Source: Thermoplasmata archaeon
Lineage (GTDB): Archaea; Thermoplasmatota; Thermoplasmata; Lutacidiplasmatales; UBA184
Reading direction: 5' to 3'
Length of the DNA: 64,000 nucleotides
NCBI GenBank assembly: GCA_022750115.1
Contig: JAKIWI010000003.1
Location: 175,948 to 239,947, forward strand
Shown: positions 9,337 through 17,203 of the stretch, piece after piece
Layout: each line of letters begins with the position of its first letter
Numbering within the stretch: the stretch's first letter is position 1
Position numbers and translations under genes: made by a program
Notes under the pieces: generated by a model
Seen by the model: only the letters and a program-made list of their open reading frames with translations
The model's database searches: none
Told to the model about the DNA's origin: nothing

Positions 9337-10023
9337 TCACCAAGGAACGCGGAGCGCCCCGGCGAGGAACCGGTTCACCGGATCGGTCCGGAGGGCGGCG
9401 TCGAGGAACTTCTTCCGGAAGCCCGGCGCCGTCACCTCCGCGTCGGAGAACTTCAGGGACGTGACGAAGTCCTTGCGGCGAAGGTCGTCCGCGAACTCGT
9501 GGTTGGCATCGTAGCCAGCGGGGACGCGGACGTACGCCTCCTCCGACGTGAGCGGGGCTTGGAGGATTGCCCGTGACCAGTCCTTCGGCTTCGCGACGAT
9601 GCGGTCCCGGATCTGCCCGAGCCCCGCGGCGGACGGCTGCCAGACGCCGGCCGAGACCATGCTCTCCCCCGGCTCGAGGTGAAGGTAGACGCCCGGGAGG
9701 TGCTCCTCCGAACTCACGGACTCCGCGTGGGCAAAGTGGATGCCCACATTGGTCCGGTAGGGGGACTTGTCCCGAGAGAAGCGAACATCGCGGTAAATCC
9801 GGGAGACGGAGCCGCCGTACGGTCGGGCGTCGGCGACGATGTGCGGGCTCATCTTGGCCATGCCGGGTTCGACCTCCTTCACGAACCGTACCGCCGGCTC
9901 GAGCACCGTCGACTCGTAGCGCGGCTTGTTCGACTGGAACCACGCGCGATTGTTGTGGCGTTCGAGATCGCGGAAGAATCGGAACAGGTCCGGCGAGAAC
10001 GAGGGGGCCGAGGTCGCGGTCAT
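9337..10023 (-). CDS. DUF2461 (TIGR02453) family conserved hypothetical protein
   Basis: FFRDLERHNNRAWFQSNKPRYE...IYRDVRFSRDKSPYRT pattern typical of DUF2461; 228 aa. Confidence 0.6.
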   Translation of the reverse strand: MTATSAPSFSPDLFRFFRDLERHNNRAWFQSNKPRYESTVLEPAVRFVKEVEPGMAKMSPHIVADARPYGGSVSRIYRDVRFSRDKSPYRTNVGIHFAHAESVSSEEHLPGVYLHLEPGESMVSAGVWQPSAAGLGQIRDRIVAKPKDWSRAILQAPLTSEEAYVRVPAGYDANHEFADDLRRKDFVTSLKFSDAEVTAPGFRKKFLDAALRTDPVNRFLAGALRVPW

Positions 10024-10090
10024 GGTCGTTGCCCGCCAGACCGGGGGTCCTTTTCTGCCTGCCGAGGGGGCGCGAGGCGATAGGCCCGGA

Positions 10091-10162
10091 TGCGGTTGTC
10101 GGGATTTGAACCCGAGTAGGTAGCTTGGGAAGCTACCGTCCTAACCACTAGACCACAACCGC
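10091..10162 (-). tRNA. tRNA-Gly(CCC)
   Basis: Reverse complement GCGGTTGTGGTCTAGTGGTTAGGACGGTAGCTTCCCAAGCTACCTACTCGGGTTCAAATCCCGACAACCGCA folds as canonical cloverleaf, anticodon loop TTCCCAA. Confidence 0.8.
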
Positions 10163-10210
10163 GCAGCGGCGGGGGAGCGGCCGCGGCTCTTGAGATTTGT
10201 CGAGCGGAGA

Positions 10211-10699
10211 TTACAGGAGGAGGCCGACCGACTCGGAGGGGATGGCGGGCGAGCGCGCCACGAGATCGGCGTTCGTGATCAGCCGCTCCGCCTTCTCGCT
10301 CACGAACCCCGCTTCCTCGAGCACCCGCCGGGCCCGTCGGACATCGTCCGTGGCGATGGCGGCGAGGATCCGAGACCCCTCTCGGGCGACCAGGATGGCG
10401 ATGCTCTCCACGTTGACGCGAGAGGCGGCGAGGATCTCGAGCACCTTCAGGAAGCTCCCGGCCCGGTCCTCGAGGTGGACGACGATCGTCTCGTGGAGGT
10501 CCACGGTGAATCCGGCGTCCTCGAGGATCCGGAGCGCCCGGTCGGGGCGGTCGGTGATCAATCGGACGTTCGAGCGGGACCCGCTCGAGTCGAGCGAGAT
10601 GGAGGCGATGTTGACCTTCTGCTCCGCGAGGAGCCGCGCGATCCGGGCGATCTGCCCCGGGCGGTTCGGCATCCGGAGCGCGATCTCTTTCAGTGCCAT
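10211..10699 (-). CDS. tandem ACT-domain protein
   Basis: Two repeats of ACT-like βαββαβ (MALKEIALRMPNRPGQIARIARLLAEQKVNI... and TIVVHLEDRAGSFLKVLEILAASRVNV...); start at internal ATG 10699. Confidence 0.55.
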   Translation of the reverse strand: MALKEIALRMPNRPGQIARIARLLAEQKVNIASISLDSSGSRSNVRLITDRPDRALRILEDAGFTVDLHETIVVHLEDRAGSFLKVLEILAASRVNVESIAILVAREGSRILAAIATDDVRRARRVLEEAGFVSEKAERLITNADLVARSPAIPSESVGLLL

Positions 10700-10808
10700 G
10701 GCGGGCCGTTCCGGCTCGTCCGAGCGCGCCGGACCCAATACCCTTGCGTCTGTACCGGAGGAACGGGGCGCAGAATCGCCGTCGTCGCCGCGCGCTCCTC
10801 CGAGCCTA

Positions 10809-10814
10809 TTTATA
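10809..10814 (+). promoter_or_regulatory. candidate archaeal TATA box (TTTATA) upstream of pilin-like gene
   Basis: Only AT-rich hexamer in GC-rich spacer, ~57 bp upstream of ATG 10871. Confidence 0.3.
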
Positions 10815-10870
10815 CCGGGAGCCGGCTAAATTCCGCATGCTTGGGGCGTTCCGTCCTAGGCCGGTCCGCC

Positions 10871-11803
10871 ATGGGGGTTCCATATGCTTCACTTCGTCGC
10901 CGGCGGTACCGCCGAAGGCTGCGGGGTAACCAGCGCGGCGTGGTCGCGGTCATCGGGACCCTCCTCGCGCTACTGGTATTCTTCGCGCTGTTCGGCGTGT
11001 TCCTCACCCAGTACCTTCCGCTGTGGATGAACGAGAACGAGGTCGCCTTCACGAACTCCGCGGAGGCGTCGTTCGCCGAGCTGAAGTCGAACATCGACCT
11101 CCAGACGGCGCTCGGCTCGCCCCCCGTGTTCCAGACGCCGTTCACGATGAACTCCCAGGGCGTCCCGCTCATCGCCCAGCCGACGATCGGCGTGCTGTCG
11201 TTCATCCCGTTCACCCCGGGCGTGTTCGCCAACGTCTCGATGAACCCGGGCCCGGGCAACAGCCACCTGTTCTGGCAGAACGTAACCCTCGGCACCGTCT
11301 CGATGTACCTGCCGAACCGGTACTTCACGCCCCAGATGTTCTCCTACGAGGACGACGCGGTCGTCCAGGAGCAGACGGACACCACCCAGATCCTCGCCTT
11401 CCCGCCGACGCTGACCGTCAACCAGACGGGCAACCAGATCGCCGTGACGATGTCGCTCGTCCAGCTCCTCGGGAACGCCTCCCAGGTGATCACGACCGGC
11501 ACCCAGCAGGTGTCGAGCCACTTCGTCTTCACCCAGACCTACGCGAGCAACGGCACGGGCCTCCCCGGCTCGCTGAACGCTTCGTTCGCGATCGGCACGC
11601 ACTACCCGTGCGCCTGGGCGTCGTACCTCAGCCAGACGCTCTCGCAGTCGAACATCGCCGCGAGCCACTTCGCGCTGACCCCCAGCACGTGCATCGCCTC
11701 CGGCGGGAACGTGGTTCCCGTTTCCCTCACGTTGACCGCCATCAGTTCGTTCACCCTCGTCTTCGCCGAGCTGAACATCGTCGCTGGCGTCGGGGTCGAA
11801 TGA
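10871..11803 (+). CDS. large type-IV-pilin-like protein with class III (prepilin) signal peptide, N-glycosylation-sequon rich
   Basis: N-terminus MGVPYASLRRRRYRRRLRGNQRG|VVAVIGTLLALLVFFALFGVFL: basic stretch, RG then hydrophobic helix = archaeal class III signal; >12 NxS/T sequons (NVS, NVT, NQT, NAS, NGT); first gene of pilus locus. Long GC-extended ORF (10190) rejected upstream of this ATG. Confidence 0.6.
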   Translation: MGVPYASLRRRRYRRRLRGNQRGVVAVIGTLLALLVFFALFGVFLTQYLPLWMNENEVAFTNSAEASFAELKSNIDLQTALGSPPVFQTPFTMNSQGVPLIAQPTIGVLSFIPFTPGVFANVSMNPGPGNSHLFWQNVTLGTVSMYLPNRYFTPQMFSYEDDAVVQEQTDTTQILAFPPTLTVNQTGNQIAVTMSLVQLLGNASQVITTGTQQVSSHFVFTQTYASNGTGLPGSLNASFAIGTHYPCAWASYLSQTLSQSNIAASHFALTPSTCIASGGNVVPVSLTLTAISSFTLVFAELNIVAGVGVE

Positions 11804-11813
11804 GGGACGATCG

Positions 11814-13472
11814 GTGAGCGCTGCGTCCTACCGGGTGAAAGTCCCGCGGGCGGCGCCCCGGGCCGCCGAGAACCCGCTCGCCGCCCCGCGGACCCAGGCC
11901 GAGGAGAGCCCGTCGTCCGAGCTTCCGGGGACGTTCATCACCGCGATGCCGGCGCTCGCGGACCGCGACATGCGCGAGCTCGAGGTGACGGCGGTCAACC
12001 CGCCGTACAGCTACGCGCGGATCAGCTACCACGAGCAGAAGAAGGAGTATCTGTACGAGGTCATCGAGCCCCAGCTCTCCCAGCACGAGCGCGAGCTCGT
12101 CACCCACCTGAAGGGGACGCTCACGCGGATCCTCGGCTCGGAGGTCGCCGACCTCTCGATCACCGACAAGCGCACCTACCTCCGGGGCGAGGTCGAGGGC
12201 TACCTCAAGAGCCGCCAGATCAGCCTCTCGCCGATCTCGACCGAGCGGGTCGTCTACTACATCGTCCGCGACTTCGTCGGCTACGGCCCGATCGACGCGC
12301 TGATCCTCGACATCCAGGTCGAGGACATCAGCTGCGACGGCGTCGGCGTGCCGCTGTTCATTTTCCACGGAAAATACGAGAGCGTGAAGACGAACGTCGT
12401 CTTCGACGACGAGGACCAGCTCAACTCGTTCATCGTCGCGCTCGGCCAGCGCTGCGGGAAGGCCGTCTCCGTCTCGAACCCGATTCTCGACGGCACGACG
12501 CCCGAGGGCCACCGGGTCCAGGCGACGTACGCCCGCGAGATCACCACGCGCGGCGCGAGCTTCACAATCCGGCGGTTCAAGGAGCGACCGTTCACGCCCG
12601 TCGACCTGGTCCTGACGGGGAGCGCGTCGGAGGAGATGATCGCCTACTTCTGGCTCGCCGCCGAGCAGGGCGAATCGCTGATCATCTGCGGCGGCCCCGC
12701 CGCCGGGAAGACGAGCACGCTCAACGCGATCGCGCTGTTCATCCCGCCGACGTCGAAGATCGTCTCGATCGAGGACACCCGCGAGGTGAACCTCCCGCAC
12801 GAGAACTGGATCCCCGGCGCGACGCGGAGCGGCACCGGCGACCGCGGCGCCGACGGGAAAGCCGCCGGAGAGGTCGACATGTTCGACCTCGTGCGCGCCG
12901 CGTTGCGGCAGCGCCCGAACTACATCATCGTCGGCGAGGTCCGCGGCCGCGAGACCTATACAATGTTCCAGGCGATGGCCACGGGCCACACGACCTACTC
13001 GACGATGCACGCGGACAGCGTGAAGTCGATGGTCAACCGCCTCGAGAACCCGCCGATCAACACGCCACGGATTCTCCTCTCGGCGCTCAATAACGTCATC
13101 ATCCAGGTCCAGGCGCGCACCGACAAGGGCGTGGTCCGCCGGTTGAAGCAGGTGCTCGAGATCGTCGGCTTCGAGCCCGAAACGAACGAGCTGATCACCA
13201 ACACGGTCTACGAGTGGGACCCCGGCACGGACAAGTTCGTGTTCAAGGGCCACTCGTTCCTGTTTGACAAGATCATGGAACTTCGGAACTTCACCCACGA
13301 CGAGATGGAGGCCGAGTTCCAGCGCCGCGTCGCCGTCGTGAACTACCTCGCGAAGAACAAGGTCAACGACTACCGCCAGCTCTGGAAGCTCGTCTCGGCC
13401 TACTACAAGGACCCGAAGGACGTCATGGCGCGCGTCGAGTCGAACGCGGTCATCGTGCCGGGGGCGGCGTAG
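11814..13472 (+). CDS. type IV filament assembly ATPase, FlaI/TadA/VirB11 superfamily (paralog 1)
   Basis: Walker A GGPAAGKTST, Walker B/Asp box, His box, ASFTIRRF and ENWIPGATRSG conserved blocks of archaeal FlaI/ArlI-like ATPases; 552 aa. Confidence 0.85.
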   Translation: MSAASYRVKVPRAAPRAAENPLAAPRTQAEESPSSELPGTFITAMPALADRDMRELEVTAVNPPYSYARISYHEQKKEYLYEVIEPQLSQHERELVTHLKGTLTRILGSEVADLSITDKRTYLRGEVEGYLKSRQISLSPISTERVVYYIVRDFVGYGPIDALILDIQVEDISCDGVGVPLFIFHGKYESVKTNVVFDDEDQLNSFIVALGQRCGKAVSVSNPILDGTTPEGHRVQATYAREITTRGASFTIRRFKERPFTPVDLVLTGSASEEMIAYFWLAAEQGESLIICGGPAAGKTSTLNAIALFIPPTSKIVSIEDTREVNLPHENWIPGATRSGTGDRGADGKAAGEVDMFDLVRAALRQRPNYIIVGEVRGRETYTMFQAMATGHTTYSTMHADSVKSMVNRLENPPINTPRILLSALNNVIIQVQARTDKGVVRRLKQVLEIVGFEPETNELITNTVYEWDPGTDKFVFKGHSFLFDKIMELRNFTHDEMEAEFQRRVAVVNYLAKNKVNDYRQLWKLVSAYYKDPKDVMARVESNAVIVPGAA

Positions 13473-14435
13473 ATGGCGATCGACCCGCGCCCGGTCGAGG
13501 TCGCCGCGGTCGAGGGGACCCGGACGATTCGCCTCAAGAAGGGCGAACAGCCGACCCATTCCCCCCTCACCCCGTTCGAGTCCTGGGCGTGGAAGACCTT
13601 CCGCGAGCGGGTGACGAACCGCCCACCCGACCCGCTCCTCGATGAGCAGCTCCTCAAGGCCCACATGCGGATCCGCGGCGACGAGTACCTCGCGAAGGTC
13701 TACGCGACGACCGTCGTCGCGGTGATCGCCCTCGCCGCCGTCGGCATCGTCCTCGCCGTCCTCCTCAGCACCGCGGGCCTCGCGTTCCTCGGCATCGGGC
13801 TCGCCATCGTGCTCCCCGTCCTCGGGGGAATCGGCTCGTTCTTCGCCCTCAAGGGTGCCCCGGGCGGCAAAGCGAAGTCGCGCGGCAAGGCGATCGACCG
13901 AAAGATCTCCTCGTCGATGAGCTTCGTCAGCGCGATGGCGTCGGCCGACGTCAACATCGACGCCATCTTCAAGGAGCTCGCGCGCCAGAAGATCTACGGG
14001 GAGGTCGCCGAAGAGGCGGCCTGGATCACCCGCGACACCGAGCTCCTCGGGCTCGACATCCTGACCGCGATCCGCAACGGCGCGACCCGCACGCCGTCGA
14101 AGCGGTTCCAGGACTTCCTGCAGGGCGTCGTCACGACCGCCACGAGCGGCGGCCAGCTGAAGCCCTACTTCCTCGCGAAGGCCGAGCAGTACGAGCGCGA
14201 GAACAAGCTCGAGCTCCTCCAGCGCGTCGAGACGATGGGTCTCCTCGCCGAGACGTTCGTGACCGTCGTCGTGGCGTTCCCCCTGTTCCTCGTGATCATC
14301 ATCGCCATCTTCGCGATCATCGGCGGCGGCGGGGCGTTCATGATCACCGTGCTCTACGGGATCATCCTCGGCATGATCCCGATGTCGCAGATCGGGTTCA
14401 TCTTTTTCATGTATTCGCTGGCGCAGGAGGCCTAG
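13473..14435 (+). CDS. half-size pilus platform membrane protein (TadB/TadC/FlaJ-like, T2SS-F domain), copy 1
   Basis: 320 aa, TM helices flanking a cytoplasmic T2SSF-like domain (SMSFVSAMASADVNIDAIFKELARQKIYGEVAEEAAWITRDTELLGLDILTAIRNGAT); start ATG abuts stop of ATPase 1. Confidence 0.7.
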   Translation: MAIDPRPVEVAAVEGTRTIRLKKGEQPTHSPLTPFESWAWKTFRERVTNRPPDPLLDEQLLKAHMRIRGDEYLAKVYATTVVAVIALAAVGIVLAVLLSTAGLAFLGIGLAIVLPVLGGIGSFFALKGAPGGKAKSRGKAIDRKISSSMSFVSAMASADVNIDAIFKELARQKIYGEVAEEAAWITRDTELLGLDILTAIRNGATRTPSKRFQDFLQGVVTTATSGGQLKPYFLAKAEQYERENKLELLQRVETMGLLAETFVTVVVAFPLFLVIIIAIFAIIGGGGAFMITVLYGIILGMIPMSQIGFIFFMYSLAQEA

Positions 14436-15394
14436 TGGCGACGGCGACGGTCCTCAAGCCCGCTCAGTTCGCGGACAAGCTGGGCGACGTCAGCGAAGAG
14501 GCGACGATCCCCAAGGAGACTCTCGTCCTCATCGTCGGGCTGATCGCCGGCATCGCCCTGATGGTCGTCGGCGCGATGGACTACCTCGGCGCGCTGAACG
14601 TCCAGGTCCGCCCCGGGGAAGGGGCTGGCACGAACCCCGCCCTCGACTTCCTCGTCCTCGGCATCTCCGCGATCTTCGGGCCGTACGGCTTCGTCATGAC
14701 GGCGAAGCTCCGGAGGATCCAGAAGATCGAGGAGCGCCTCCCCGACTTCCTCCGCGACGTCTCCGAGGCCGGGCGCTTCGGGATGACGCTCCCGGACGCC
14801 ATCATCGTCGCCTCGCGCGGACGCTACGGCCTCCTCACCGAGGAGATCAAGAAGATGGCGAGCCAGCTCGAGTGGGGCGTCCCGGTGGCCACGGCGCTCC
14901 GTCTCTTCGAGGAGCGCGTGCCCACGCCGCTCGTCAAGCGCGTCGTCTCGATCATCACCCGCGCGAACGAGGCGGGCGGGAACGTCGCCGACGTCCTGAC
15001 GATGGTCGCGCACGACACGCGGGAAGTGCAGCTCTCCTACCAGGCGCGCCAGATCTCGATGCTGACCTACGTGACGGTCATTTACATCTCGTTCTACGTC
15101 TTCCTCGTCACGATCTACATCATGGCGGCGGTGTTCCTGCCGCAAATGGTCGTCGCGGGCCAGGGGATTTCCTCGAGCAGCCTCGCCGGCGCCGGGGCCG
15201 TCAACCTCCAGTTCAGCTTCGTCCCGGTGCTGTTCATTGCCTTCATGCTCGCCGTCATCGTCCACGCCGTCGGCGACGGGATCATGGCGGGGGTGCTGTT
15301 CTCCGGACGCCTCAGCGAGGGGCTCCAGCACGCGACGATCATGCTGCTGTCGGGATGGGCGATCATGCGCTTCGTCGTCCCGCCGCTCTCCTAG
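14435..15394 (+). CDS. half-size pilus platform membrane protein (TadB/TadC/FlaJ-like, T2SS-F domain), copy 2
   Basis: 319 aa, GTG start overlapping preceding stop; T2SSF-like block LPDFLRDVSEAGRFGMTLPDAIIVASRGRYGLLTEEIKKMASQLEWGVPVATAL; TM helices at both ends. Confidence 0.7.
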   Translation: MATATVLKPAQFADKLGDVSEEATIPKETLVLIVGLIAGIALMVVGAMDYLGALNVQVRPGEGAGTNPALDFLVLGISAIFGPYGFVMTAKLRRIQKIEERLPDFLRDVSEAGRFGMTLPDAIIVASRGRYGLLTEEIKKMASQLEWGVPVATALRLFEERVPTPLVKRVVSIITRANEAGGNVADVLTMVAHDTREVQLSYQARQISMLTYVTVIYISFYVFLVTIYIMAAVFLPQMVVAGQGISSSSLAGAGAVNLQFSFVPVLFIAFMLAVIVHAVGDGIMAGVLFSGRLSEGLQHATIMLLSGWAIMRFVVPPLS

Positions 15395-15402
15395 AGGTTC
15401 CG

Positions 15403-17160
15403 ATGGCCAGCGAATCCGTGCAGCGAACGACCTCCGACGTACCGGGCCGCAAGGCCGCGCCGCGGCGGAAATCGACCGGGACGTTCTCCCCGTGGCTCAA
15501 GATCGGCGCCGCGCTTCGCAAGGGGACGAGCGAGCCGCGTCCGGTCAAGCTCGCGCGCCTCGGCGTCTCGGGCCAGGGGGCCGAGGGGCTCGTCACGCCG
15601 ATCCCCCCGCTCGACGACCCGGCGCTCCAGCTCCTCGAGCTCGACCCGATCCGGGAAGGGTTCTCCTACGTCCGCATCACGTTCCACAACCAGCGGAACG
15701 AGCACCTCTACGAGGTGATCGAGCCGCCGCTGTCCGAGATCGAGAAAGAGCTCCTCGAACGCCTCAAGGTCCTCCTCGTCGACCAGTTCGAGCCGCTCCC
15801 CGAGCTCGACATCGATACGAAGCGCCGCGAGCTCCGCCGGATGGTCGACGACCAGTTCCACGAGTGGGAGATCTCCCCGAGCCCGACGACGAAGGGACGG
15901 ATCATCTACTACCTCGAGCGCGAGTTCACCGGCTACGGCGTCGTCGACGCGCCGATGACCGACAGCGAGGTCGAGGACATCAGCTGCGACGGGGTCGGCA
16001 TCCCGCTCTACATCTACCACCGCAAGTACGGCTCGATCCGCTCGAACCTGAAGTTCGAGGATGCGCTCCGCCTCGACAGCTACGTCGTCTGGCTCGCGCA
16101 GCGTTCGGGCAAGCACATCTCCGTCGCGAACCCGATGCTCGACGCGACCGTCCCGGACGGCTCGCGTCTCCAGGCGACGCTCGGGATGCACGTCACGAAG
16201 CGCGGGAGCTCGTTCACGATCCGGCGCTTCCGCGACAACCCGTTCACGCCGGTCGACCTGCTGAAGTTCCGGACGATGAGCCCGGACATGATGGCCTACC
16301 TGTGGATCGCCATCGAAGCGGGCCAATCGATGATGGTCTGCGGGGGAACGGCGTCCGGCAAGACGACGACGCTCAACGCGACGCTCCTGTTCATCCCGCC
16401 CCAGATGAAGATCGTCTCGATCGAGGACACGCGGGAGCTCAACCTCCCCCACGAGAACTGGGTCCCGTCGCTCACGCGCGCCGGGTTCGGCGCGAAGAAC
16501 CTCGTCAGCGGGAAGGCCCCGGGCGAGATCGACATGTTCGACCTCCTCGCCGCGGCCCTCCGTCAGCGCCCGCAGTACCTGATGGTGGGGGAGGTGCGAG
16601 GTGCCGAGGCGTTCATCGTCTTCCAGGCGATGGCGACCGGCAAGACCTGCTACACGACGTTCCACGCCGAGAGCGTGAGCGCGATGGTCCACCGGATGGA
16701 GAACCCTCCGATCTCGCTCCCCCGCTCGCTCGTCTCGGCGCTGAACCTGGTGCTCCTCCAGCGCCAGGTGAAGGTCGGGAACAAGATGACCCGCCGCGTC
16801 CAGAGCCTCACCGAGATCGTCGGCCTCGACCCGGAGACGAACGAGCTGATCACCAACTCGGTCTACTCGTGGAACCCGGGCGACGACACGTTCCTCTTCT
16901 CGGGCCACTCCTACGTCTACGAGCGCGTCGCGATCGTGAAGAACCTCACGATGAAGGAGATGGAACGGGAGGTCCGCCAGCGCGTCGAGATCCTCGAGTA
17001 CCTGAAGTGGCTCGAGGCGCGCAGCACGCGCCAGAACCCGTTCACGCACCGCGAAGTAGGCCGGCTCGTCTCCTTCTACTACAAGGAGCCTCAGCAGGCG
17101 CTCGCCGAGGCCCGCGCCGCCGCCGCCTCCGGAAAACCGCCATCGAAGCCGGGCGCGTAG
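15403..17160 (+). CDS. type IV filament assembly ATPase, FlaI/TadA/VirB11 superfamily (paralog 2)
   Basis: Walker A GGTASGKTTT; same conserved blocks as paralog 1 (SSFTIRRF, ENWVPSLTRAG, MVGEVRGAEAF); start at ATG 15403 not the GC-extended ORF 14872. Confidence 0.85.
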   Translation: MASESVQRTTSDVPGRKAAPRRKSTGTFSPWLKIGAALRKGTSEPRPVKLARLGVSGQGAEGLVTPIPPLDDPALQLLELDPIREGFSYVRITFHNQRNEHLYEVIEPPLSEIEKELLERLKVLLVDQFEPLPELDIDTKRRELRRMVDDQFHEWEISPSPTTKGRIIYYLEREFTGYGVVDAPMTDSEVEDISCDGVGIPLYIYHRKYGSIRSNLKFEDALRLDSYVVWLAQRSGKHISVANPMLDATVPDGSRLQATLGMHVTKRGSSFTIRRFRDNPFTPVDLLKFRTMSPDMMAYLWIAIEAGQSMMVCGGTASGKTTTLNATLLFIPPQMKIVSIEDTRELNLPHENWVPSLTRAGFGAKNLVSGKAPGEIDMFDLLAAALRQRPQYLMVGEVRGAEAFIVFQAMATGKTCYTTFHAESVSAMVHRMENPPISLPRSLVSALNLVLLQRQVKVGNKMTRRVQSLTEIVGLDPETNELITNSVYSWNPGDDTFLFSGHSYVYERVAIVKNLTMKEMEREVRQRVEILEYLKWLEARSTRQNPFTHREVGRLVSFYYKEPQQALAEARAAAASGKPPSKPGA

Positions 17161-17203
17161 GCGCGCGGCGTCGTACTTTTCCCCCGCTCCCCTTAGCCCG
17201 GCG

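Noticed and set aside
10190-11803. 537-aa ORF extension upstream of the pilin gene
   Set aside because: The upstream part overlaps the ACT-domain gene on the opposite strand and is low-complexity. The class III signal peptide begins at ATG 10871.
11751-13664. 637-aa minus-strand ORF
   Set aside because: Antisense shadow of FlaI-like ATPase 1. Translation is low-complexity, while the plus frame carries Walker motifs.
14872-17160. 762-aa plus-strand ORF starting far upstream of ATPase 2
   Set aside because: The N-terminal 177 codons overlap the platform gene in another frame and are Arg/Gly-rich. The true start is ATG 15403, after the platform gene stop.
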